Below, one piece after another: positions 50,520 through 64,000 of a stretch of DNA of 64,000 nucleotides. The notes beneath the pieces were generated by a model that saw only the letters and a program-made list of their open reading frames with translations, had not been told where the DNA came from and searched no databases. This DNA comes from Negaprion brevirostris (Eukaryota): contig JARDVH010000097.1 of NCBI GenBank assembly GCA_030324005.1, positions 43,019,796-43,083,795 of the forward strand, given 5' to 3'. Numbering within the stretch: the first letter of the stretch is position 1; every line of letters starts with the position of its first letter. Made by a program: the position numbers and the translations under genes.

Positions 50520-51420
50520 TAAGAGTGAATCATGCCTGCAAACAGACAGTCAGAGTGGTTGACAAAGTCCAAGGAAATGTATGTCATTATGATAAGCTAG
50601 CTAGCAAAGACATTCAATGATTGAATAAAAGAAATATGGCTGAAATTTAAATGAAAAAGCTACATTTGCAATAAAGGAGAGAGTGACATATGGTGATTAA
50701 AGTCTATAAAATGACTTTAAACCACGATTTAAGTCAATAAAAGGAAACCAAAGAGGAACCACTGAACTATGTAAAGAAATAGTCAATTATTCTATAGACA
50801 ATTATCAAATGGAAGAATCAGGATAGGAATAGGGCCACTAAGAGATGCACATAATAAACGCATGCAAGTTAAGAAGGCTAGTTTATTACAAAACAACATG
50901 GTTCATTTCCACGGGCATACAATTGAAAAGCAGAGTGTGAAAAGCAATGAAGTTACACAAAATTTGAATAAAATCTTGGTTCAATCACATTGCGAAATGT
51001 TCAGGTTTCCATATTTTCAACATCATAGAGGGGCCTCAGCAAAGGTGCAAATAAGATTTTCTTGAAAAATACTAAAACCCAAAAGATATGCTCACCCAAA
51101 AAAAAGGGAAGGTTAGGTTTGAAAACTGAGGAGGGAAAGAATTGCAAGTATAAGATTGTCACTTATAAATCCACTAGGAAATGCAGAGGAACCTCTCTAC
51201 CTACAAAGTGGTTAGGACGTGGAATTTGCTATGAGACATGTTTGAGGCATACCTATCGCATAGGTGCATTTAAGGAAAAGATGGATAAAGACACAAGAGA
51301 TTTTAAAAAAAGGAAATGTTGGGGAGGGAGATTGTTGGTAGTTAAATGAAATAGGGTGGGATGACAATCATGTGGAGCATGAGCATTGGTATAGGCCACT
51401 GGGCCATGCAGTACTTACAG
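50520..51420 (+). mobile_element. Very old CR1 LINE 3' half
   Basis: Degenerate motifs aatcatgcc, gcaaaggtgcaaataagattt and gcatttaaggaaaagatggataa. Confidence 0.5.
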
Positions 51421-52597
51421 CATGGAGAGGCTATGTAACCATATGAATTGAAACAAGAGGATAAAGGTGCTCCTGTGATCAAACTGCTGAGCCTGACTGA
51501 AAAGGGAGTTTGTCCTGCAACTTTCATTAAGTGTATTAGAATTATCTGTTTTCTGGTTAATGCCAGATATTTCTTATGGCTGGAAGCAGTGACAGGACGC
51601 GAAGAGGTGAAAAGGGTTGAATTGCTGAGGGTTTTTGTGACATTAATTCTCATTGACTGTTTTGATCATTATTTTTAAAAGTTTCCATGCCTTAGCAATT
51701 ATTATTTAAACACTTTAGCAGGAAGGAAGGGAAATTCAATTCAGATAGTTCTCGTTCGACATCAGTTTTTGTGCCAGAATAGTCAGAGTAGACTCTGTAC
51801 CAAATAGTAACACAGAACAAGCAAGTTGCAATTTGATTGTAAACTCAACTTGCGATGGAGCATGTGCAGTATTTTTGGTATTGTGTCATGCCGTTTGAAC
51901 ACATCAATATTCTTCCCACAAATTAAGTGCATTCTAATGCTGTAATACACATTGAAAACACTATCTACTGTTGGCATAAGGCCACTACTTCAGATCATGT
52001 TAGTAAGATTTGTCCACTGGGCTAGATTTAACTCATTAATGAATATTTTCAAAAGAAATTACATCATTCAATCTGTATGCTAAATATAACCCTAGTCAGC
52101 AAGGCTAAGATAACTAAGTATTTCAGCAGCAATGGCCAACTAACTACCACAGAAGTTGCTTTAATCATTGAAATGTAAAGTAATGTTTCAACCAATTTAA
52201 ATGAAGTAAGATTTATCCTTAAACTACAGTCCAATTTTAGTCTCCAAGTTAATGAATATTAACCAAGGCAGCAATTTGGTACTACAACTGACCTCATGGT
52301 CCCTGATTGAAAAGGGGGAACTGGATGGTACAGGAAAAACTCAGATAGTTCTCACTGCAGATTATTCCGTAAACTTCATTTGCATGTATACATGCACTGC
52401 TAACGTAAGGATCAAGCTCAACTGTGTAGCTTATGTGAAATCAAGCAGAAATTACACATGAATTTCCGACAACTTGTCAAATACAATCAAATTCTATGGA
52501 ATTGTACCCTGGGAAGGAACCACAACTTCAGCTGATGTGAAAAGGAGACAGTGTTGGTAAAGGGAACACAAACACCAAAAGCCTCTGATCTTACCTG

Positions 52598-52703
52598 TGG
52601 CTGGAATTCTCTGGTGCAACTCTAGTGAATAGGATTTTGGCTGCGCGTCAAATTCTCCATCTTGCTGGCGGTAAGGCAGCCACAGGCAAGTTCAGAGAAT
52701 TCA
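52598..52703. repeat. MITE-like remnant with terminal inverted repeats
   Basis: gaattctctg ... cagagaattc flank about 80 bp of GC-richer sequence. Confidence 0.4.
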
Positions 52704-52969
52704 TTTTTTAAACACACCATTTATTCCCAATCTGAGAAAATGACAACTAGCAAACAGGCACACTGATTACAAAATCAGACGGTGTGAGGAAGCTTTCAAC
52801 CAACTTCCTCTCTTGAACACATTGACTCCTTAATAGGATACACTGTACGCATTAGGCAGTCAGCATGACATTATCCAATTAGCTTTCAGGCATAACATTA
52901 GCTAACAAGTGCTGGCAGATTATCTGACTATGGAACAGCACCAGTCAGGTTGGAGCCTGCTCTCATCCA

Positions 52970-53430
52970 AGATACCATACAGATAAAAAGAGTGCAGAGA
53001 GTATTCCAGAGCTAGGGGCCTAGACAACTGAAGGCACAACCATCAACGGTGGAGCAATTAAAATTGGGGAGGCCAGAACTTGAGCAGTGAAGATATTTCA
53101 AGAGGGCTGCGGGAGTGAAGGAGGTTACATAGATAGGAGTGGGGCAAGAAATTTAAAAATGAGGATGAAGATTTTAAATTAAAGCATTGCTTGGCCAGCT
53201 GCCAAGGTAGCTCAGCGAGCAAAGGGGTGAGATGGGAATAGGTCTTGTTCAAAACACAGGCAGCAATTTGGGACGATCTAAAATTTACAGAAGGTGGTAG
53301 AACGCGGGAGACCAACCAGTAGTGCACTGGAATGCAATAGTGAAGTCTAAAAGGTAGCATAGGCATGGATGAGGGTTTTAACAGCATATAGGCTATGGCA
53401 GGATTGAAGTCAGGCAATTTACAGAAGTGG
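52970..53430 (-). mobile_element. L2 LINE 3' fragment
   Basis: Minus ORF 53058-53417 contains AACVL...HLTPLLAELPW, the L2 ORF2 C-terminal H-TP-L--L-WL motif. Confidence 0.75.
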
Positions 53431-53964
53431 AAATGGATTTTAAAAAAACAAGTTTCTAGAAGATAGTTTACAAAGAAATTTCAAATTAGTTGTCACGCTC
53501 CAGGTCACATCAGATATCTTACACATAAGAATACAGTTCTCTCCAATTTTACACTGGACATTTATTAAAACACAATAGATAAGTTAATCCTGCTGACAGG
53601 GAGAGACAGTCTATACTGCGTATTGTATTCACAATCACCATCCACGTTACTAAGCAACTAACAGCAGGAGACAAATCCAGATTGTCAGTTTTCTCCCTCA
53701 GTCTTGTCATTTGTAAAATTCAGTGTCTGCAGTAGAACTTTGATTCTACTTTAATTTTTGCTGGTTCATTCTATTGCACTGACCCAACTGTGTCCTCAAG
53801 ATCTAACCTTCTATATAGTTATTAACTTCTCCCACTGCAGTAGGATTTATTTCCATTTTGCTACATACATCATAAAATCATCAAAGGTCTCTAATAATCA
53901 GTGTAGATTTACTGGTCACAAAAACCAGTGTAGAATTTGAATGAAACAACATTAAAAGAGAATT

Positions 53965-54172
53965 AAAAGCAAAATACTGCAGATCTGAAATAAAACCAGA
54001 ATGCTGGAAAAACTAACCCAGTTAAGCAGCAATTGCAGAGAAATAAAACAAGTTGGTGTCATGCCCAGTATGACTCTCCCATAGAACTTAGAGAACTCAT
54101 ATTGGACTGGACATTAACTTGGTTTCTTTCTCTGCAGATGCTGCCAGACCTGCTCTGTTATTCCAGCACTTT
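53965..54172. mobile_element. Decayed inverted-repeat Penelope-like element (second family)
   Basis: aaagcaaaatactgcaga...aatgctggaaaaact / gatgctgccagacctgctctgttattccagcac. Confidence 0.65.
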
Positions 54173-55594
54173 ATGAATGTATCTGTACAAAACGAGATTT
54201 TTCAGAATAAGGGTTCCACTTTCCCCAGGGTAATTGGGCGGGACGGGTCTAATGAAAATATTTATTCACTTTTTCCTTAATTTAACAAATATATTTTTCA
54301 TTCCACACATGTAAGAAAAAGGGCTTCCTTGTGTACGTTTGCTCTACCTGTGTTATTTTCTTGCAAAGAAAATGGTATGCAGCACGACAGGCTGGTGGGT
54401 TCATCCCAGTGTGACAGGTTGCCACGTCATTTGGTCACCAAGCGCACAGTGGGGTCCTTCAGTGCTAACTCCACCCCTTCCAAATCACTTGGACCTGGAA
54501 GGATCATCTGGAGTAATGCACCATCAAGGGGAGGATGGCTTTTTACTCAAATAGTTGAACACCAGTGGGTATGGGGGAGTCTGGCTGCAGATGGACTGGA
54601 GAGATTTGGTGATAGTGTTGGGGAAAGATGGTAACTGCTCCATGAGTGCAAGGAGACCCTGTCTCCAAGGAAAGATCAACTGGTCCAAAAGAGCCAAGAG
54701 GAGTGAACAAGGTTGAAGGCTTATTATAATAGGGAAGGAGGGGGTTTCTGCTGAAAACTTCATTGAAGGAAAGAATTCACAAGTTTTATACTTCCTTAAA
54801 AAAATGTAATTCTATAGATATTTACCACTCCATTCACAAAAGGTATATTTACATTTTATATAAATATGTAACTGTACCAAGTTAAAATGCTGATTTGATG
54901 AAAAACCCAACAATTTGTGTACAGATATACCACAATAACCTGAGTAGTAAATTTAAAGAATGGCTGGCATCCATGATTCAGCTTTAAAAGAAAAACATCT
55001 CATGGAATTTCACAACTGAAACTTGTCAGGCAACGAGATGCAGCCAGGAAGAAAGGGCATGAATAACAACTGGCCAAAAAGATAGTTTTTAAGACTTTGA
55101 AAGGATTAGGGGCTGATCAACATACAAGAGGTTAGGCAGAGAATGGAGCCAATGCCAATAAAAGATTGATCACTAATGAGGTGAAGGGAGCGAATTGCAT
55201 TTTTAAAAAGTTTGAAATGTGCTGAAGGTATTAAAAGAAGTAGTGGACAATTGGAGATAAGGTGTAGCAGAGCCATGGAAGAACTTAATGAGACTAACAG
55301 ATCATGTAAATTAACAATGGGTGAATAAGACAAAGCAAAACAAGGTACAAGTTACTGTTTTGAACAAGTAAGAGTTTGTCAAGGATGGGTGGGGGGGGGG
55401 GCAGTGTTGGCATTAGAACAATTGAGTCTTGTGGTAACAAAGAATAGATAAGGGTTTCAGTGGGAGAGGGAGATAATGTGGCACACCTGAAAATCGGTGT
55501 TGTCGATTGGGTGATCTTTAAAACTCAGGACAGTATCAACACTTGTGGGTTCACAGTTTGTTTCTGTCCGAGTAACAGGGAAGGGGATTCAAAT

Positions 55595-55847
55595 CAATAC
55601 TTAAGAGAAACATTGGTTTATAAAGGAAGTCAATACAGATTTGTTAAAGGTAAATCATGCCGATTTAAACTTGCTGAATTCTTGTAATGCTGTTGTAAAA
55701 TGCATTTGATATAGTACCATGCAACAGTTATTTCAAAATTAGAGCAGTGTGAAAAATGGTTACCTCATTTACTAAGAAATTAGAGCTATTTTGTAGTAGT
55801 AAATCAGAAGGAGGATTGCAGTGGAACCCCCTGGACTAGGTATTAGG
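55595..55847 (+). mobile_element. CR1 RT fragment
   Basis: Encodes SQYRFVKGKSCRFKLAEFL, matching the CR1 SQHGF-KGKSC-TNL-EFF motif. Confidence 0.7.
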
Positions 55848-55925
55848 TAAGAAGTCTCATAACACCAGGTTAAAGTCCAACAGATTTCTTTGGTAGCAAA
55901 AACCACCAGCTTTCAGAGCACTACC
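55847..55925 (-). mobile_element. Single arm of a palindromic Penelope-like element (first family)
   Basis: gtaagaagtctcataacaccaggttaaagtccaacag...ggtagcaaaaaccaccagctttcagagcac. Confidence 0.7.
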
Positions 55926-56513
55926 ATCATACCTCATTGTTAAAATTCTATAACTCAGGGTCGAGGTTATGGTTGCCACATTCATTCTTATCTGTCTGCT
56001 TTGCATATAATGATAGCAGGCAGTGATAGATGAGGGGGTGGGGGCAGAGAGAGAGAAGAAAGCAGCTTAACAAAAATATTGTTCATCCAATTTTTGTGTG
56101 TAAAAAAGTCATTCTTATAAATCCAATTTATAACTTGAACTACCACCCGGCATATCAAACAGTACGCTGGAGCAAACAACCTCAGCACATCAAAGGTGAT
56201 TATAATACAAACACATAATTTAACACCTTAATGTGTCCATTTTGCCTAATGCTCAAGACGTCCAGTAGGCACATGTGGGCAGCTAATAGATCAGAAGAGN
56301 NNNNNNNNNNNNNNNNNNNNNNNNNNNNNNNNNNNNNNNNNNNNNNNNNNNNNNNNNNNNNNNNNNNNNNNNNNNNNNNNNNNNNNNNNNNNNNNNNNNN
56401 NNNNNNNNNNNNNNNNNNNNNNNNNNNNNNNNNNNNNNNNNNNNNNNNNNNNNNNNNNNNNNNNNNNNNNNNNNNNNNNNNNNNNNNNNNNNNNNNNNNN
56501 NNNNNNNNNNNNN

Positions 56514-56700
56514 GATAACCACGAAACCATTGTTGAAGAAAAAAACCCATCTGGTTCACTAATGTCCTTTAAGAAAGGAAATCTGCCATATTTACTCAGT
56601 CTGGCCTACAGCAATGTGGCTCACTCTCAAAAGCCCTCTAAGAAAGAGGCTGGGCAACAAAAGCTGGCCCAGCAGCAATGTTCACATCCCAGAAAACAAA
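56514..56700 (+). mobile_element. Third SINE family, 3' part
   Basis: cccatctggttcactaatgtcctttaagaaaggaaatctgcc...gggcaacaaaagctggcccagc; matches the reverse complement of 24645-24965. Confidence 0.75.
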
Positions 56701-57006
56701 CTTAAGTTTTTTTAAATCCTTATACCACTTAACCCAGCAATATCCAGAAATTTATTTCACAGGCCATTTTAGAGATGTCAACAACAATTCTGTAGGACAA
56801 AGCAACAAACTGTAATTCCATTCCTATTTTCTTGAAAACCAAAAATCCCTTATCCAAGAAGGAATAATAATTCTAAACAGAGTCCAAAAAGAAACAATGT
56901 TCTGGCATTATTGTCACAATTTACCATTTTTCTTTTTCTTAGCTCTCAAAAATCCACATTATCTTCTGAAAACCAACGTAGCCGAGAGCATCAAGGATAT
57001 CAGAGA

Positions 57007-57302
57007 TAGAATGATAGAATCCCACAGTGCAGAAGGAGGCCATTCGGCCCAGAGTCTGCACTGACTACAATCCCACCCAGGCTCTATTCCCGCAACCCTG
57101 CGAATCCCCTGACACTCGGATCAATTTATCATGTCCAATCAACCGAACCCACACATTTTTAGATTGTGGGAAGAAACTGGAGAACCTGGAGGAAACCCAT
57201 GCCAACATGGGGAGAATGTTCAAACTCCACAACGTGACCCAAGGCTGGAATTGAACTGAGTCACTGGCCTGTAAGGCAGCAGTGCTGACCACTGTGCAGC
57301 CC
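57007..57302 (-). mobile_element. HE1-like SINE
   Basis: atagaatcccacagtgcagaaggaggccattcggccc...ggcagcagtgctgaccactgtg. Confidence 0.85.
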
Positions 57303-58796
57303 ATTGTTGACTTGAGTGGCATGAGAACAAAAGACTCCATCCAAATACAATTTTCTTTTCTCCATGCACAAGACTCCAATAAGCCACTTCAATGTGTCTA
57401 CAAGATGAGCTATAGTCTATTGGTTGGAAATTAGTGACATTGTCATGAACTGGTCTTACATAAAAATGTCAGCTTTGAACCAAACANNNNNNNNNNAGCT
57501 ATTTGCTTAACTGTAGCATCTGTTGAATATCAGGTGTTGAGTTGGGTATATTTTTGCACTTTGATTGTATTTTTGTTCAAAGACTCGTAACAACTTGCAA
57601 AGAGACTTCTCATTTTTCAAAGGAAAGGATAAAAGAGGTATAATCTGCAATACAGTCAAACTTGTTCAACTGGTGTCACTGCCTTCATACTAATTTCTGT
57701 TGCGTTGTGAACTGTAGCAGCTAAAATATTAACATATTCCACCTAAAACAAAAGACAACAATTAAGGGAATTCTTTTAAAAACAGCAAAGCATAACACAG
57801 TAGTGGCTCTTTTGCTTCCACACTGCCAGCAGGCAGGAAGATCAATAAAAACTGACATGCAACATCCAGACTGTTTAACTACTTTGTAAAACAGACCCCT
57901 CCAGCAGGATACTAAAAATAACTCCACCAAATTTCTAACATCCCAGAGAAAAATATGGCGGATGCAGGTCTTCAGATCTTGTTGCTATACACTTTGTTCC
58001 AGAATTTCAAGGTTTCCACTTATTCCATTCTTTGCCAGTCATTACAGAGAACATCTTCAGCTTTAATAGCTGATGGTGGGGTGGAGTCAGAGGCTGCTGG
58101 AAATCAAAACCTCCACTAAACTAATTGATATATTGCATTCGGATGATTACAAAATATAAGCGTGATAGTTTAAACATAGGCATTATTTTAAATGAACACC
58201 ACAATGAATTTGCCTGTCAAAGTGCTTGAGGATTAGATTTTGCTTAATTAGGTAATTAAGCACAGCTTATACATTTTAATAGCAGCATTATGTTTTATTT
58301 GGGCCTCTCCCAACTCTTTCCCTGCTCAAATGTTTTCATAAATCATCACTCCCCAGGTAACAAGAAAGCAGATAAACAGGAAATCTCGAAGATTAGGAAA
58401 CAGAAATTAAAAAAACAATTAAAAAAAACAAGATTTGGATTTATTTCTGGAAAAATATTTGTCGTCCTGATGCTTTTGCTAAAATGACTTTAACAAACAA
58501 GGTACACTTGTAATAGCACCAACTGATGACACCTTAATTTACCTCCTGGGGTAGGGATATGAGAGAAGTATCCTCTTGCTGTCTCTCTTAGCTGGTACAG
58601 GCAACAGCANNNNNNNNNNNNNNNNNNNNNNNNNNNNNNNNNNNNNNNNNNNNNNNNNNNNNNNNNNNNNNNNNNNNNNNNNNNNNNNNNNNNNNNNNNN
58701 NNNNNNNNNNNNNNNNNNNNNNNNNNNNNNNNNNNNNNNNNNNNNNNNNNNNNNNNNNNNNNNNNNNNNNNNNNNNNNNNNNNNNNNNNNNNNNNG

Positions 58797-59460
58797 GACT
58801 CTTAAATCGGCCTCGCAGGTGGAGGATGTGGTCAAGAAGGCGTATGGTGTACTGGCCTTCATTAATCGAGGGTTTGAGTTTAGGAGTCGGGAGGTAATGC
58901 TGCAACTTTATAAGACCCTTGTCAGACCCCACTTGTGGTACTGTGCGCAGTTCTGGTCGCCTCACTGTAGGAAGGACGTGGAAGCTATTGAAAGGGTGCA
59001 GAGGAGATTTAGAAGGATGTTGCCTGGCTTGGGAGGCATGCCTTATGAAGATAGGTTGAGGGAGCTGGGACTCTTTACCCTGGAGAGACGAAGGTTGAGA
59101 GGCGACCTGATAGAGGTTTATAAGATGTTGGGAGGAATAGATAGGGTGGATCCTCGGAGGCTATTTCCCAGGGCTGAAATGGTCGCTACGAGAGGGCACA
59201 GGTTTAAGGTGCAGGGAAGCAAGCACAGACGAGATGGGGTAAGTTTTTCAGTCAGAGGGTAGTGAGTGAATGGAATCGGCTGCCGTTGGTGGTGGTGGAG
59301 GCGAACTCGCTGGAGTCTTTTAAAAGACTTCTGGATGAGTATATGGGATCTAATGGGATTGGGGGTTATAGATAGGTCTACGGCTTAGTAGGTATAGATG
59401 TGATCAGTGCAACTTGTGGGCCAAAGGGCCTGTTTGTGCTGTAGTGTTCTATGTTCTATA
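58797..59460 (+). mobile_element. Young CR1 LINE 3' end (ORF2 C-terminus nearly intact)
   Basis: ORF reads VVKKAYGVLAFINRGFEFRSREVMLQLYKTLVRPHL...YCAQFWSP...ERVQRRF...LERRRLRGDLIEVYKM; tail gttctatgttctat. Confidence 0.93.
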
Positions 59461-60899
59461 ACCTCAGACTGGAGGAGGAGCTCAAAATTTCGAGGGTGGA
59501 AAGCTAAAGAAACTCAAGCTGATCTGAAGGAAATGCACTGGATTTGAATTCAACCGAACAGCTCCATTGCAGACATGGAGACTGAAGGGCAGCTGAAGGA
59601 TTCCTCCATAACAGGTGGATATTCACTGCCAAACCTAATTGAACACAAGAGGCAAAGGACCTAACCAAATCACAACAAGACAGCAAAATATTCCCAAAGG
59701 CTGAATTAACCTTTTAAAAATAAATCAGGGCACGAATCAGGCAGAGCATAAACAACACAGTTGCATTAAGGCTGTAGCCACATGGTGGCCAAGTTTGAAT
59801 AAATGAAATAAACTATTTTTAAAACAGAAGACAGGGTAAGAACCATCTTCAAATTGATTTCCCCAGCTTACAAGAGTAAGTAATTGATCTGAATGATTTG
59901 TTTGAAGCTTGCTCAAACCAGAGTTACTATGGTCCCATATTGGAAAAAAATTAAGCTGTACTCCCATTACGAAAAACAGCCATGAATAGTAAGTTAAAAC
60001 TAACAGATCAACTGGAGCTCGTGCAAGGGTCAAACCAGATGCCAATTCAGCATCATGGAGAAGAAAATCCTGATGTACATCTGCAATCTAAAAATTAAGT
60101 CAGAAATCCGAAGGAGCACAAGTTAAATTCACTTTTATACTTGCGGTATTTGCTAATGAAGTATTCAAAAAAAAATAAGGTATAGATGAATTCGTAACCA
60201 CAATTGAANNNNNNNNNNNNNNNNNNNNNNNNNNNNNNNNNNNNNNNNNNNNNNNNNNNNNNNNNNNNNNNNNNNNNNNNNNNNNNNNNNNNNNNNNNNN
60301 NNNNNNNNNNNNNNNNNNNNNNNNNNNNNNNNNNNNNNNNNNNNNNNNNNAAAGCAAATAAAAGATTGTGCCGTAATTATTTGAAAAAATAGCTTTTCAT
60401 GCCTTGAAATTGTGGGCTCCTTCTCTAGTCTGAGGTTATAGGTTTGTTCATTAGCTGCCACCAGGTTGTAAAGTTCTTGTGTGTCACTAAAGAGACTGGG
60501 GGTTTGTATGGTTGAACATAAAATGTTTATGGTTAACACCAAATATATACATTTCTTATATGTATTGCTAACAAGATATTGTCTTCACGCTGGCATCTCT
60601 TGGCCTCTAAACAGTCTGAAGGTGTTGAGCAGAGCAAAGATTAATGTGGGACTGGAGAACAGTCCATGATGTAGAGCATTACATGACGTTAGACTGCGTC
60701 TCAAGAGAGTTCAAGAGAAGTTGGCATGAAAATTGTACCTAGTTAAGACTATACCTGGGATATACTGTTGTGTGTTAACAGTAACTAGGTTATTTTCAAC
60801 CACACAAGCCTCTTGGTGAGACACAAAACAACCTTACAACAGACAATTTCCATGTTCAGCTGCACATTTGGACATTATCAGATTTACTTCATAACAATG

Positions 60900-61220
60900 G
60901 TGAGCATCAATCAACTCAAATTATACCTAATGTAAAATACAAGCCATAACCTGGAAGCTACTCTAGAGTACAGAGTTTGAAAATGCTCTATTGTCAGGGA
61001 TATAGAGATGAGACATTAGGTCCAGGCCTCACCTATCTGTTTCAACAATTACTGTGACAAAGAACTGATTCAACTATACAGGTTCAGGAAATCTTCACTA
61101 ACATTCTTCCCTCAACACCATCATTCAGAATAACCTAACTGCTGTGTGTAGGACATTTTTAAGAATAAATTAGCTGTTGGGTTCTTGTAAACTACAAATG
61201 AATTAATTTGGAATGTTTCC
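60900..61220 (+). mobile_element. Decayed Deu-type SINE
   Basis: gatgagacattaggtccaggcctc...cttccctcaacaccatca...aaattagctg. Confidence 0.45.
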
Positions 61221-62929
61221 AATGCCTCTGTTAAGGGACCATGTAAAGGCAGGTATTTTCTATTTTACTAACAGTCATAAAATGACAGCTATCAGTGCCT
61301 TTGCAAGCAGCGGTCAGCTTTTTTCTTAAAAAAGGAACTGACTGCCTCACCCTATCACACATAATATTATTTGAAATCAATGTCAAGTACTGAATGGGAA
61401 AAAAATGGCAGAGTAGGTATAAGGATGGGGAAAAATATGTCCCAAATATCACCCAACGGTTTGAGCAACTCAATTCTGTATGTAGATTGCATTATTGCAA
61501 GATTGCCCTAAAAAAATTCCATATGCAGCTTTTAGAAAGTTACACATTTGGTTGGGCCAGGAAAAACAAAATAAATGGGACAGTAAACACCACCACAGAA
61601 CAGCATATAAACATTCCAAATTGTAGCACTCTCCATTGCTACTATAACAAATGACATTAGCATAGGGGGTGATTTTATTTCCTTTTGAAACTCATTCACA
61701 ATGAACTATATAGAGATTTAAAGGACAAAAGGAGCATTCTCCCACACCCATATTTTCTACCAGTTAGAAGGAGAACAACAACAATGTTGTAGGAACATCA
61801 CCTTCCAAGTCACACAACATTGACTCAGACATGAATCATCATGCCTGAATCTGCACTAGGTCAAAACACTCATCACAAAGGCTGTAGTGGTTCAAAATTG
61901 CCCATTTGTCCTTCCCAAAACCAAGTGTAGGCAATAAATATGGCTTCCCCTTTCCACAAAAATACTCTGATACATGTATCTGTGCCAACATTTTACCAGA
62001 GCAACCTTAAATTAAATCCACTCTCTTACTTTCTCCAACTAGCTCTATACTTCCTCTGTTATGGACATTTATTTGCTCTTCAAATAAAAGATACAATGTC
62101 TTCAACTACAACTTCTACTGGATTGGCCATTGTCTTAGAACCCTGTGGGTCTGCATGCTCAGTGACATTTCTAATGGTCCTGAACCACTGGCCTGACTTC
62201 TTCATTTTCATACTTCCTCTTCCATCTACCTAGACTAAACTTATTGAAGCAGTTCACATACACTTTGCCTCATGTCTTGTTTCTCCAATTATGCCTTCTA
62301 TAGTTTTGTGATATCATTTCATTTAAGCATTATGTTAATTCTGCTTTAAGAAGAAACAATCTTTATGGCATTTTATTATCCCTATTCTTGAAAGCATAAA
62401 GCAGAGGGAAGTGACAGACCATGAACAATGATAGCTTTTTCTTAAATTAGACAATATTCTTCTCCTGTCACAGATAAAGTGGCCTAATGCAATAAAAAAT
62501 CCAGAACGTGTTTTAAGGAAACAAGGACTTGCACTTAAAGGACCTTTCAAGACTTCAGGATCCAAAGCATTTTATAACCAAATGAGGTACTTAATTTGGG
62601 ACTCAAAGCAGTGAATTTGCACAAAGCATGGTCCCACATAAAGTAATGGAATTAATGACCAGAAAATCAGTTTTAAAGTTCTGTTGGTAGAGGGATAAAT
62701 ATCAATCAGGACAGAGAAAATTCTGGTCCTCTTTGAAAAAAAATAGCTGTATCTTAACTCCATTTATCCATGTTGTTCAGTGTAATGAAACCATTCTTGC
62801 CCAACTAAAATCTATCACAGTTTTGAAATTTTCAAGTTATTTAACTGAACTGTGTGTGGCTTGCATACGTATGCATGGTGGGGGGGGGGTCTAAGAGAGT
62901 TCCAGATTTGTATTATTCTATCAGAAATG

Positions 62930-63880
62930 CTATCACCTCTTCACAGGCTAGCTAGGTTATGCCCCCTTGTTCTGGGCTCTCCCAGAGAATTTCATTCTAT
63001 CCCATCAAATCCTTTTCCTTAATCATCTTAAGCACTACTGCTAATCTTCAATAGTCAAGGAAATACAAGCCTAGACTATGCAATTTAACCCTTTTAGCCC
63101 CAGTACTCTTCCATTAAATCTCTACTAGACTCTCTCTAGGCTAATATGCACTTACTGAAATGTAGATTCCAGAATGGAATCATCATGGTAGATTCCTCAT
63201 TGTTCAAGTATGTCCACACTAAATGATTTCAATGGTCACATTTTTCACAGCTAAACTTACATTAAGGAATTGATTATAGTGGAAGATGGTGTGCTATAGC
63301 TGATACATTCTTTGCTGTTTCTCATGACCCCCGGAGGTACGGAGGATCCAATATGTCTCAGTAGCTTGACAGCTTCAACTAATGGCTGGCACGAGGCTTA
63401 TAAAATGACATCACTGCAACAAAGCAAGGAGGTAGGTCCCAAGAACCTTTGCATGGAGATTGAACCTTGTTAGCATTATTTTGCATCACATTCTTAGCTA
63501 AAATAAGGCTATGACTCCTTGAAACGGAATAGAGAAATCAAATCTAGAATAAACAAGAGCTCTGCACTACTTCAGCATAACTTGCACCTCTTCTATCCCA
63601 GCCCACTTGACATAAAGGCTAACACTCCGTCAGCTTTTTAAAATTATTTTTATAACTTTCCACTACCTTCTAATGAATTTTGTACTTTGATCCCCAAAAT
63701 ATCTCTGCTCACCTGCAAGCCCAAGTTGCTCATCCTATGAAGACAGACCTCCTCCATTTTCCCACACTGAATCCCTTCTATCCATGTGGTGAACTGACTA
63801 TGTTCCCTTGTATGTTTCTACTTCCATCTGTTCTATTCATTGTGCCAACTAACTGAACTATTCTTCAAAATAATACTGCA
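62930..63880 (-). mobile_element. Old CR1 fragments
   Basis: Antisense CR1 3' motifs (ggttatgcccccttgttctgg, ggaaatacaagcctag). Confidence 0.5.
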
Positions 63881-64000
63881 CATACGGCTGTAAAAGCTCT
63901 GGGACAACTACTTAATTGATATGGGGTAGGGATAATGAATATGCTCTCAAACAAACAGGTTGTGAATACCGGCATCCAAAAGATTTTAACTAGGGCCTTT

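Larger units (their letters stand above)
4488..64000 (-). other. YAP1: Probable YAP1 intron 2 (more than 59 kb within this window)
   Basis: No sequence encoding the preceding exon (HVRAHSSPASL...PLPxGWEMAKT..GQRYFLN) was seen upstream of the acceptor. N gaps could hide sequence. Confidence 0.7.

Noticed and set aside
1-64000. CRISPR arrays, tRNA genes and prokaryotic operons
   Set aside because: There is no regularly spaced repeat-spacer array. The tRNA-like A/B boxes belong to SINE heads, and the coding density is that of a vertebrate intron.
1-64000. Scattered TEAD motifs (CATTCC/GGAATG) and LINE strand bias relative to YAP1
   Set aside because: A 6-mer occurs many times by chance in 64 kb, and CR1 fragments occur in both orientations in similar numbers.

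Overview
This is eukaryotic, AT-rich, repeat-dense DNA whose repeat families point to a cartilaginous fish, probably a shark. The draft assembly has many N gaps of about 10 and 100 bases. The only host coding sequence I can support is one 119-nt minus-strand exon (4369-4487). It translates to (N)HIEQTTTWQDPRKPMSVLNSTTPSSPVSLQQSLMNTTTS(G), the end of WW domain 1 plus the WW1-WW2 linker of YAP1 (exon 3 equivalent). The rest of the window is therefore probably YAP1 intron. It is filled with CR1 and L2 LINE fragments and three tRNA-SINE families. It also holds a decayed Ty3/Gypsy element with the unusual Gmr1-type integrase-RT-RNaseH order, and short palindromic Penelope-like elements carrying minimal hammerhead ribozyme motifs (one with an intact core, one with a 13-bp target-site duplication). 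Several blocks without recognisable repeats are candidate conserved enhancers. There are no prokaryotic genes, CRISPR arrays or intact autonomous mobile elements. Repeat boundaries are approximate, and family names come from recognition, not from database searches.
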